A stretch of 64,000 nt of DNA, taken from positions 310,001 to 374,000 of the forward strand of contig QPMI01000054.1 in assembly GCA_004431415.1 (NCBI GenBank), given 5' to 3'. Shown here piece by piece: positions 48,201 to 59,091 of this stretch (positions are counted from its first letter, which is position 1; the number at the start of each line of letters is the position of its first letter). The notes beneath the pieces were generated by a model that saw only the letters and a list, made by a program, of their open reading frames with translations, made no database searches and was not told the DNA's origin. The stretch is from Cyanophora paradoxa CCMP329 (taxonomy: Eukaryota > Plantae > Glaucophyta). Made by a program: the position numbers and the translations under genes.

Positions 48201-49732
48201 GGCGCCCCGCCCCGCCCCGCCCCCGCCCCCGCCCTCGCGCCGTCCGAGCGGGGCGGGCGTGCAGTTCAACTTCCGCATCTTCTGGGGCTGGTTCCTCGAC
48301 TCGGTCTTCCACTCCCTCGTCGTCTTCTTCCTCCCCTTCGAGATGCTCGCCGGCTCCCTCTCCGACGGCACCCAGAACGGTCCGCCCCGCCCGCCCCGCC
48401 CGCCCCGCCCGCCCCGCCCCGACGCATCCGACCCGACCGCCCCGGGGCAGGCTTCTGGGCGATGTCGACGGCGGTGTGCACGGTGCTCGTCATCGTCGTC
48501 ACCCTCCGCCTCGCCGTCGCCGTCTCCTCCTGGAACTGGCTCCTCGTCCGCCCGCCCCTCCTCTCGCCCCGCGCCGCGCCCCTCGCTGCGCCCCGTCGAG
48601 CGCCCCGGGGCGGCAGATCTTCTTCGTGGTGGCCTCCAACGTCGTCTACTTCCTCTTCCTCCTCGCCTACTGCGCCCCGGGCCTCGTCGCCGTCGCCCCC
48701 GACATGTCCGCCCGGGCCCCCCGCCGCACCCCACGCCCCCGCCCCCGCCCCCGCCCCCGCCGCGCGGCGCGTGCGATCCGGCGCGGGGCGGCGGGGCAGG
48801 AGCGGCATCGCGTTCAAGCTCTTCGCGAACCCCGCCTTCTGGCTCTGCATCGCCGTCGTCCCCGCCGTCGCCCTCATCCCCGACCTCGTCTGGGAGTAGT
48901 GCGCCGTACCCCCCCCCCCCCCCCGGCCCCCGCCCCGCCCCGTCGAACGAGCGGCGGGCAGCGTGAAGAGGAACTGGATCGGGGGCGAGAAGGAGCGGCT
49001 GCAGGTGGAGCACCGGCGGCTGAAGAAGCTCCAGCGCCGCCGCCCGCCCCGCGCCGCGTGCGTCCGGCCCCCGCCCTCCGCGCCTCCCGCCTCCTCGGCC
49101 CTCTCCGACGCGCCCCGCCCGCCCCCAGCTCCGGCTCCCGCCGCCGCCAGATCCTCATGACGTCCCCCTCCCACGCGAGCGTCTCCTTCCGTGCGCCGCG
49201 CCCCCGGAGGGCCTGCGCCCCCCGCTCCCCCTCATCGCAGCCGCCGCGCGCAGGCGGCTTCGCGTTCAGCGCGGCGGAGTACGGGGCGAGCCGCTTCATC
49301 AGCACGCGGGAGTCGCAGTCGCCCAACTTCAGCCGCGCCGGCTCGTTCGCCCCCGCGCTCCGCCTCACCCCCGCCCCCTCCAACTCCGCGGACGCCCCCC
49401 GCCACATCCACTTCGAGGCCGACCCCCGCCGCTCCCCCCACCTGCCCAGGGAGCCTCCCGCCGGCCCCAGCTTTTTTGGCGCCGCGGGACCCCCCGTGCC
49501 CGCCCCGGCCTCCCCGCCCCCGCCCTCCCGCACGGCCTCAGATGCCGTACCGCGCCGCCCGGAGGAAGGGGGTACCTCCTCCGGGGACCTGACGTCCCAG
49601 TCGGACCGGCAGCCGGGTACGCCCCCTGCGGCGGTGCCGGCGGGGCCCGTGCCCGGGGTGCAGTCCGTCCACCGCCGGAACTTATCGGGTGGCCGTCGCG
49701 CCGACGTCTACATCCGAATGGAGGACGGCTAA
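42230..49732 (+). CDS. P4-type ATPase (phospholipid flippase; ALA/DRS2/ATP8 family)
   Basis: [177 protein letters not shown]. Confidence 0.96.
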
Positions 49733-50118
49733 CGCCAGGCGCGCGCGTCGCACGTGGGCGCCCCTCCTCGCATTCCGTTTTGCCCTTGGGTCGCAGTACT
49801 CACTTTTTGCCTGTCTAGGGGCATGTGTCTGTCGCAGTGTCACCGTTCTATCTAGCTGCTGTGTTGTGTTTCCTTGCTAGAGAGAATTGAAGAGCAGTAT
49901 GCGCTTGCGCAGCTGCAGTGAGCTCGACGATCGATATCGTGGCATGGCCGGCGGCCCGGCGCCATGCATGCGCATGCGCACATGAGCACAAGGGGGGGGG
50001 AGGAGATGGGGGTATCACGTACGGACCCTTGAATATCGGGCGGGTTGCTCCTCAACTTGCAATTGGCAAGCTACCTCAGGGCCTCTGACAAGCATCTTTC
50101 ACCAGCTTCTGAGCTCGG

Positions 50119-51470
50119 ATGCCCGAGGCAATGATCCCCCGAGTCTCGAGCGGCGGCCCGGCTGAGGGCGCCCAGAAGATACATCCTTTCCCCTCTGAAG
50201 CTCTTCTTTGACGCAACGACAACGTCTTCATGTCCCGATGGGAAGTTCGAAGACGGCTTGCAGCTGGATCGCCGCGGTCACGCCGGAGACCGTTTTGACG
50301 CTCTGTGAAGCGATAGAGCATCAACTTCGGACCACCGGCTTCTCCAACATTCTATGGAGGCAAATCCGCGAGATCGCCGGCCTGTCTCCGGCCCAGATGC
50401 AAGCTCTCTGGCGGTATGTTGCGTACGGGAAGAGCGTGGAAGTCCGCTCGAAGTCCAACCTGGTGAGGTCCATGCAACTTGATGTATTCCCTCGCCTCGC
50501 CCTGATGCGCGCCGGAAGGTCCAGGATGATCCCGATGACGAAGAGAGCGACGTAGAACGCGCCTCCGCTCCAATGGCGACCTTCTCGACGCTAAAGGATC
50601 GCGTCAAGCGTGAGAATGGACGGGGACACGGCGGTCACAGGTCGAAGCGTCCGCGGAGCAGCGGTCATCACCACTCCCCCCACCACCACCACCACCACCA
50701 CCACCACCACCACCACCAGGCAGCGACGCAGCCTGTGCACCCACAAGCGCGCATCGCGGCTCCCAGCTCGGCCCCCATCCGTGCACCCGCAAACCCCTCG
50801 AGCGGTGCGCTTCCCTGCCCTCCAGTCGTTTTCGAGCCAGTCTTCCGCTCTGTCGCCATGCCCGCACCTATTCATCGTTGGCTGATAGTTGCTTGCGCTG
50901 AAAGTTTAGCGGGCAAGAAAACTCCGATTCCCTCGAATAGGCGTCCCCTATATGGATGCCCGTTCAGCAGAATTCGGAAATATTTCTCCTCCCTCACCCT
51001 TCTCTTGCTTCCCTCTCTTAGCAGCCTGCAGCTGACGCTTTGCTCGCCGCACAGACGCGCATGAGGGCGCGACCCTGCATCGCGTGATTGCGCCGGCCGC
51101 CCAGCCGCGGCCCCCGACCTCCCCCACCCGGGCGTCTGAGGGTACCGAGAAGCGCCGCCGAAAGGAGGAGCGATCCGCTCCGTCAGCAGCAGCCGACTCG
51201 CCCCGCGCCGACCCGCCCCAGCGCGCGATGAGCGCCTCCGTGAACGGCAGCGTTGGCGGCTTCGAGCGCCCGAGCGCCCCGCACCGCTCCGCCGTGCTGG
51301 CGCCGTACCCGGGGACGCCCTCCCCCGTCTCGGTCCAGGGAGGCTCCCGCTCGCACTCGGCGCCCCCTTCCGCGTCCTCGCGCCCCGGCGACCCCTCTGC
51401 GCCCCCGGCCCCGGCCTTGGGCCCCGCTCCGGCCCCGTCTCCGGCCCCGGCTCCGGCCCCGCGCTCTTGA
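50119..51470 (+). CDS. Nuclear protein with SANT/Myb-like helical domain and poly-His tract
   Basis: LTLCEAIEHQ...ILWRQIREIAGLSPAQMQALWRYVAYG (Myb/SANT-like Trp spacing), acidic DDPDDEESD, His12 tract (50681-50716), basic KRRRK, Ser/Pro tail. Start uncertain. Confidence 0.55.
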
Positions 51471-52170
51471 GCACTTCTTGCTTTCCTCCGTGCACAGCGT
51501 TTTATGTCCGAGCAGTTTTTCCCCCTTCTAATACTTGATGCTGCATCTTATACATGGCGGGCTGTTGAACAGTGTACATATTTCATTTATTTTCGTGTAT
51601 GAATATTAGGATTCCTCAGAATTATAATCTCGAGCAAGTTGCATGTTGCTGCTTCAATGTAGAATTGCAGAAGTGGTCCCCTGGCCGCCTGTATCCTGGT
51701 GCGACAGAGAATGCAAGCGCCGACACCAGAGCTCGCCGAGTCGAGCTCGAGCTCGAGGGACCAATGGCCATGGCAATGCAATCAGCCGGTGCATCGATAT
51801 CCGATGATTATGCCATCGACAACGATATCGATCGCGATGCCGCTGATCATGAGTCATGCGCACGCATGCCGCGGCTAGCGCTTGTGCCTCGGCGGATCCG
51901 GACGCTTGCAATTGCGAATTCGAACCGTACGTAATTATGCGTATACGTACTACTACGGTATACGCTGCTACAGTAGTAGGCCGCTTGCCCAGCTGCATGC
52001 GCAGCTGCCAGCTGCAGGCTGCGCATGCAGGCCGAGCATCCCGGCCGCAGAAACTTGAAATCATGCCGATCGCGAGCGCACGTGCACGGCGGCCGCGGAG
52101 CGAGCGCTATCGGCCCAGCCCGGCGGAGTGAGCTCGAGGGCGGTCGGAGACTCGGAGCTCGAGCTCGAGG

Positions 52171-52864
52171 CAGAGTTCCAAAATTTTTTGTGGGCCCAGG
52201 AGACCCTTACCCGCGCTTTAGCGCAGTGGTATAAGGTCGTGCTACGACCTCCCGGATTCCCGGGTTCGGTTCCTGCTGTTTCCGCTACGTTGTACTTCGA
52301 ATCCTTGTGATTCCCGATACCGTGACTTGTATCCTCGTTGTGTACTACGAGTGGGCACGCCCACCGTAGATCTTTAAAAAAAAAAAACAGGAGACCCCCA
52401 AAAAATTTTAAAAAGTTTTAAAACTTTTTGAAAAATTTCTCAAAAAGTTTTGCCATACAAACGAGAAGGCACGTTCCAGAGGCGCGCAAACGCGCTCTAA
52501 ACGTGCTCTTAAGGTCCTCTTAACATTCTTGTAGCATGGGAAGTGGTCAGAAGTTTTATTTCGAGCCCATTTGGGCGAAGGCACACTTATGAATTTCCTA
52601 GGGCTCGCCAGGGGTACAGTGAGGTCTGACCCTTATCGACGTGCAGAGTGCCCCTATCGCATTGCTTATCGCTTAAACTTCATTATACATGCAAGAGATA
52701 CGTATAGGAAGCTTATTACGACGTGTTCTGCACGATAAAAGGGCCCCCCGAATATTTTCTCGAGCAAAATTTTTTGAGCGTCCAGCCGAGACCAAAAAAT
52801 TTTGCAAAAAATTTTACAAAAAATTTTGTTTTATTTTTCGAAAAATTTTTCGGCCGGAACCCTG
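52171..52864. mobile_element. Non-autonomous hAT-type DNA transposon
   Basis: 8-bp TSD GCTCGAGG at 52163-52170 and 52865-52872; short TIRs CAGAGTTCC / GGAACCCTG (8/9 match); AT-rich AAAATTTT subterminal tracts. Confidence 0.8.
52207..52387 (+). mobile_element. tRNA-derived SINE nested in the hAT element
   Basis: Pol III A box TAGCGCAGTGG (52219-52229), B box GGTTCGGTTCC (52263-52273), 3' hairpin GTGGGC-AC-GCCCAC, poly-A tail, 10-bp TSD CAGGAGACCC at 52197-52206 and 52388-52397. Confidence 0.85.
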
Positions 52865-53197
52865 GCTCGAGGGGCGCGGCCGGGGCCGCCGAGCGGGGGT
52901 ACCGGCCCTAATTGCCTACGCCTCTCCGAGAGTACAATTGCAAGTATACGTACTAGTCCATCATCTCACTCGAACTTCGAACATCAATCCGTAAGATCAG
53001 CCCGGTACAGCGGAGGGCCTCAGCGGTACTAGCGGAGGCAAAGCGGCACTAGCGCAGGCAAGGGCTCCTCGCCAACGTAAGCGAGCATCTCAGAGTCTGT
53101 GCAGCACATTCTGACACCCTCTGCGCCCGGGGCAATGCCCCACGTACGCGTCGCTCGTCGATCCTCCAATCTGCAGCCATCAAGAGCTATAGTTCAC

Positions 53198-54442
53198 ATG
53201 TCGACCGCGGCCGCAGTGGCGCTCCCGCAGCCCGCTGTTGACGCGGCGAGGCCGGCCGGGCTGCCCCTGTGCATGCACGCGCCCGGGGACTCTGAAATCG
53301 CTGCGGAGCCTGCGGTCGAGGCGGGCGTGCCTGATCGAGAAGTCTTTCGTTACAGCTACAGCCACAGCACCGCCTCGGGCGAGCGCGTGAAACGCGTCGT
53401 CGCCTTGAGCGGTGCGACGCCGGCGCTACAGCGCAGCGCCCGGTTCCTCCTGCCGCCGACGGAGCGCTGACGGCGGCCTGTCGCGCGCAGGCCAGCCGTT
53501 CACAGAGGCGGACGGCGACGGGAGCGGCGGGCACATGCTGCGGGCGGGTCACAGCACGGGGGCGGCCCTGTGGCCAGCCGCGCCGCTGCTGTGCGACTAC
53601 CTGGCGGGGGCGCTGGGCCGCGCCGGCCTCGAGGGCCGCCGCGTAGCGGAGCTCGGGTGCGGTCTGGGGCTCGTTGGCATTGTCGCGTCGTCGCTTGTCG
53701 GGGCCGCTGGCGCCGTCCACCTCACCGACGGTCCGCACCGCGCGAGCTCCCCGCCAGCGGCTCCCCGCGCTCAGCCGCCCCCGCAGGCGACGACGCGGCG
53801 CTCCGGAGGGCAGAGGCGAACGCGGCGGGCAGCCGCGCCGCCGGCGACGGCCCCACCTCCTTCGGCGTGCTCCGCTGGGGCCCGGGGGGCCCCGCCGCAG
53901 CCGCCGGCGCCGTCGCAGCCGTTGGCGGGCGGCCCTTCGACGTCGCTGTCGGCTCGGATCTCGTGTACCCCTCGGGGGGCGACGGGGCGGCGAACATGGG
54001 GTCGATCCTGGACGCGGCGGGGGCGCTCCTCGCCTCGGAGGGGGGTACCGTCCTCATCGGGCTGCAGCGGCGCAGTCTCGCGCTCTCGGCCGTGGCCGCC
54101 GCCGCCGCCGCTCGCGGCTGGCGCGCCGACATCCCCGCGGGCGGCTTTGTCGAGGTCACTTCCTCCCCATTTTCCCCCTAGCGTTCCGTCTTCCCTTTAA
54201 CCGGCTCCTCGGGTACAGGACCTTTTCGGGAACCGGACGGAAGAGTGCAGCGACTTCTGGCAGGTTAGGCCGCTCTGTACCCTCGCTTAGCTTGCGGTTC
54301 CTTCGGCTGGATCTTGCGTTCTGTAAGCGACACGCAACTCTCGCAGGCGTGCGTGGTCCGATTCGTTCGGGGCCCAGCTGCAGCTGATTCGGATGCCTTC
54401 TGGGCGGCGTCGAGGGGGTACCCGCTTCCCCCTGACCTGTAG
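53198..54442 (+). CDS. Methyltransf_16 (METTL21/EEF2KMT-like) protein methyltransferase
   Basis: TGAALWPAAPLLCDYL, GRRVAELGCGLGLVG (motif I), VHLTDG, LRWG, FDVAVGSDLVY (DxxY motif). Confidence 0.88.
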
Positions 54443-54940
54443 CCATCAGCATGTACACACCATGGCATCGCCACTATAGCTAGTAGTAGCCTAGGCTAGT
54501 ACTGGACCAGCTTTGATTCAACTGGATCGGGATCCGGAGCTGTATAATGATAAATTTAAAAGTGAAAGCTTGATTAGCGATATCGATTAATGCTGCATTT
54601 GCGTGCAATTGCTATTGCGAGGCGTCGAGGCCCTGATCTCTTTAAATTAAAACTTAGGGCGAGCCTCGAAATTCAGGCAAGGAGCTTGAGACTGTGCACT
54701 GGTTCTCAGAGTCTAGATCTAGCCTTCTATTCCGGATCAAGCTCCCGGGGACGCATGCGCATGCACTGCAGGCTGTTTGCAAATATTAATCAAGATCAGA
54801 AATCCTCGATCTTGTGGAGCGATCGGGAACTCAGTGCCGCGGTGCTCGTACTAGTTCTAGTAGTCTCAGCGATACATGACAGGCAAAATTAAAGCGCACA
54901 GAATCTTTCCAATTAAATTTTACGTACATTCTTACTTAGG

Positions 54941-57590
54941 CTATTCACAGCACATGCAATAAAAGTCCTCGCGGCGGTGACGTCTACAGACATCGGCCAG
55001 GGCTGGGGGTCCACGCCCGAGAGCGGGGCGCGCTCTACGCGTCGCAGGCCTCGAAGTCGGCGAAGGCCGAGTCGGCGGCGAGCTCCGCCTCCACGAAGTC
55101 GAGGTCGTCGTCGCCGTACTGCCGCCGCCCCCGCCCCGTCGGTCGCGGCCGGCCGGCGGGCGGCGCGGGGTCCCAGGGCGCACCGCGGCGTCGAAGGTCT
55201 CGACGGTGTTGATGCTCTGGGCGGCCGAGCAGGTCACGTTCGGGTTCTTGGTGAACGACGCGACGATGTCCAGCTGCTCGATCTGCGCGGCTCGAGCGGT
55301 CAGCCGTCGCGACCCAGGCCCCGCGCTGGTGCCCCGCAAACGCTCACCTCGGCGACCTTTGCCTTGATGTCCGTCTCGGCGCCATCGACGTGGTTGGTGA
55401 TGTTGGTCGTCGCGTTGGTGATGTCGCCCTGGATGGTCTTGGCCGAGGTGTCGATGTTGGTCTTGGTGTCGCCGATGATCTTGGTGGCCGAGTTGTCGAT
55501 GTTGGTCTTGGTGTCGCCGATGATCTTGGTTGCCGAGTTGTCGATGTTGGTCTTCGTGTCGTTGATGATGTTCGTGGCCGTGTTGTCGATGTGGGTCTTG
55601 ATGTCCGTGGCCGCTGCCGCGACCCGCGTCAGGCGCGGAATTCATCTAGAGCCTTTCGTCGATTTTTCAAAAACCCATCTAGTCATTTAATTTTATCCGC
55701 GCTCGAGCTCACCATTCTTGACCGAGCTGTCGGTGTTGCTGTTGATCGTGGTGACGGCGTTGTCGACGGCGCCGGTGATCGTGGTGGTCGCGGAGGTGAT
55801 CGCCCCCGTGATCGTGGTCGTCGAGTCGCCGACGGCGCCGGTGATGGTCTTGGTCGCTGCGCGTGCGCACGTCAGATCGGTGAGGGACTAGTCACGATCA
55901 GCTGCAGTTGCAAGACAGCGCACAGTTGTCGATCTGGGTGCTCAGGTTGTCGACCTGCCGGGCAGGCGGTTAAGAAATCTGCTGTTGGCCGGTACAAATA
56001 TGCAAATCGCACCTTGGTGTTAATCTCGGACACGTCGGTCTTGATGGTGGACACGTCGCCCTTGATGGTGGTCACGTCGCCCTGGATGTTGTTCACGTCG
56101 GTCTTGATGGTAGACACGTCGGTCTTGATGGTGGACACGTCGCCCTTGATGTCGGTCACGTCGGTCTTAATGGTGGACACGTCGGTCTTGATGGTGGACA
56201 CGTCGCCCTTGATGTCGGTCACGTCGGTCTTGATGGTGGTCACATCGCCCTTGATGTCGGTCACGTCGCTGGCGAGCGAGTCGAGCTTGCTAAGGATCTC
56301 CGACAGGTCGACCTGCACTTGGCGTGAGTGCGATCGCGAAGCTAGAGGCCTCGCGCGCGCTCTTTCGCTGTACCTCGGGGCAGTTGCAGTCGAAGTCGAG
56401 CCCGTCGATCTTGGCGTCCAGCGAGCTGACAGCGTTCGCGGTCGCCAGGCTGCTGACATCGGTCTGCGGCACGCGCCTTAAGATTCGTATGCAGATCTAG
56501 ATGGCCATGGCCTGCAGCTGGGGGCTGCTTGTAGAGGGCGGGCGCGGGCGCACGGCGGGGCACGCGGGGATGGGCGGGAGCTCCTGGCACTTCGGGATCT
56601 CGCAGGGGCAGATGGCCTTGACCTCGTCCTCCGCCGCCGCATCCAGAGCCTCTTCCTGGGTCCTGTGCCCGCCGCAGTTCACCCACCTGCGCGCCGCCCC
56701 CGAGGAACGCGTACGGTCAGAATAGAGGCCGCGTGCACACAGACGCAGCTTTCGGAGCTTGAGATTGGGAGGGGGCTCGAGGGGCGCACTCGTTGATGTG
56801 AAGCTTGCCGTCGGCGTTGCCGTTCGCGTACTTGCCGTCAGCGCGCGCGATGGTCGCTGCGAATTCGAAGGCGAAGAGTGTCACACAGTGTGAAAGATCT
56901 AGAAGCCCAAGGCGTAGGTGACGCGTGCTAGAAAGCATCGGGCCCAGCAATGCCTCGAGCTTGCGGCCATCGGGTGCCAGCTGAATTTAGAGAGCGCGCG
57001 CTGCAGCTGGACGCGTGGGCATCGAACTCACGCACCATCGTACAGGCCGACCAGCTTGCTGATGTAACTCGTATCCATGCTCATGCTCGTGAAGAACGTC
57101 TCCAGCTCGGCCTGGGACGCGAAGTTGTCGCGGTCCGTGTCGATCGCCCGGAAGTCGCTCGGGTGGCCCTGCAGCGGCCGTTGATCATGAGCACACGCGT
57201 ACGCGTACGTCTCGCGTGCGGGGGGGCCCGGGCGCCCCGGTCCGTGGCCGGCCTGAAATTCCGTACCTGGAAGTCGAAGGTTTTATCCAGCGACTGGGCG
57301 ATGACGATCGCCGCCTGATTCCTGTGCCACGAACAGGGTCGGTCTTCAGGATGATCAGGGGCCGGCCCGCGGCCGGGGCTGAGCGCACGCGTCGTTGCCC
57401 TCATTGGCCGAGTACTCGGCAAGGCGCTTAGCGTTCTGGCACTTGAGCTGCGGCGCGGAGTCAGAGAATGTGTATGTAACGGCCGCGGCCGCGACGAGAG
57501 ATGCCGACGTGGCGGCGTCGGGGCTCGCCCGCACGAGCGCGGAGCGCTCGAAGGCGCCGCTAACCAGGCCACGCGGCTGCTCACCGACAT
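54941..57590 (-). CDS. EF-hand-containing fibrous protein with heptad, hendecad and pentadecad coiled-coil repeats and Cys-rich linkers
   Basis: MS|LKCQNAKRLAEYS start (intron GTGAGC...CTGAC...GCAG); FRAIDTDRDNFASQAELETFF and NGNADGKLHINE EF-hand-like loops; CPCEIPKC, DCNCPE; 12x DV(T/S)xIK(G/T); TTTITGAITSA-type 11-mers; ATKIIGDTKTNIDNS-type 15-mers; ends FYCMCCE-stop. Confidence 0.75.
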
Positions 57591-57839
57591 GGTTCACGGT
57601 TACGAACGAGCGGAGACTTGAGAGTGTGCCTTGAATTCGAAGCTGCTGAGCAGTGAACGTGGATCCCGGAATGCAGTGGAAGTCTGGGAGCTCGCGGCCC
57701 GAGTCGCGGGTCCCGGGCGACCCAGCCCTAACTCAGCCTACCAGCTCGTTGGAGGGGGGTACCATTTACGAAAACACTCGCGGCTCGCAGGCTCGAGCTC
57801 CTAGCTCCAGCTTGCACCCCAAATTAATAATAAATTTAG

Positions 57840-58760
57840 TTTTGCATGCGATCGCGAGCTAGGCTTGCATATATATGCATGCATGCGCGTATACGTATAT
57901 GCATGCATGCATGGTATGAAATTGGAGTAAAATTTACATACACATTATAGATTACATTTTGATTAATTCTGAGAAGTGACGTCAACGATGCTCTTAGCCG
58001 CCGTTTTAATTTTTTGGAGCTCGTTCGCGAACTCTCGAGAGTCGAACACGGTACTAGCACCTTTGCAATTAATCATTGTACCGGTACCCGGCTGGCCGCG
58101 CCGGCGTACGTTGACGTCGACACCACCCAGACTCGGGTTCGAATTCCGGGATTGTCTTTTACTTGCTCTCTCTCTCGCGCGCGATCGCGATCGACGCGGG
58201 CGCGCGCCGCGCCGCGCGCGCGCTCGCGCGCGCGGCGTCGCGCATGCGCAGGCGGCGCAGCAGAGTCGACGTCGCGCTATCATAGTATACGTATAGCTAG
58301 CTGCCGCAGTGCTGCCCGCCGCTGCCAGTGCGCATGCATGCATATGCATATGCATATGCTGGGCCGCCGCGCCGGCCCGGCGCCGGCGGCGCCGGCGGCC
58401 GCGGCCGCGGGCCGCTGCCAGGCTGCAGCTGCATATGCATGCCGGCGCCAGGCTGCACCGGCGCCGCCGCGGCCGCGGCCCGAACATTATAAATTAATAT
58501 TAACTCGGAACGTTTAACCTGCACATGCAAGCGTATACGTATACGGTACGACGACGTCGACGACAGGCTTGTGCACATGTACATGCATGCATGCGTGAAC
58601 TGCGTACTATAGCTACGTGTACGGTATGCGCGCAATTGCAAGATTCGAATTCATGTTCCCAGCTTATTATAACCGTGCCAACGTATTTAACGCCAGAGCG
58701 GTCATGGCCATGATTGGATGTCCAATTGCAATTAATTATAACTCGAGCTCCCTCCCGGCT
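57840..58760. repeat. Palindrome-saturated intergenic tract
   Basis: Runs such as ATGCATGCAT, GCATATGC, CGCGCGCG, GCGGCCGC, CCGGCGCCGG, TATACGTATA. Confidence 0.7.
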
Positions 58761-59091
58761 TGGCCGGCGCCGGCCGGCCGCGCGAGCGGCGGGCGCATCT
58801 CAGCTGCAGATTATCCGCCCGGAATGTGGGCCGGGATGCACCTAGAATTCTAGAAATCACGTAGTGTTCGAATTTTTTGTTGCAACTGATCATGAGGAAA
58901 AAGCCGATTACATGCCCTCTTAAAAAGAAAACGCGCTACCGTGGCAACGAATGCATACATGCATGACGCGAGTTGCCCTACCGAAACTCAGCGTACGAAA
59001 AAAAGGCTCATGTCGAGCGAGAGAAGAGTTCCGTGCGGATGACTTCAGTGTAGGCCAGCGAGAGACTTCCAACGCCGTCCGAGAGCGGGTG

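Noticed and set aside
52207-52285. Functional tRNA gene
   Set aside because: A and B boxes are present but there is no acceptor-stem pairing or normal anticodon arm, and the poly-A plus TSD indicate a SINE.
55390-56481. Plus-strand ORFs with VLMVDTS/MLVLVSP repeats
   Set aside because: Antisense shadows of the minus-strand coiled-coil repeats; splice signals support the minus strand.
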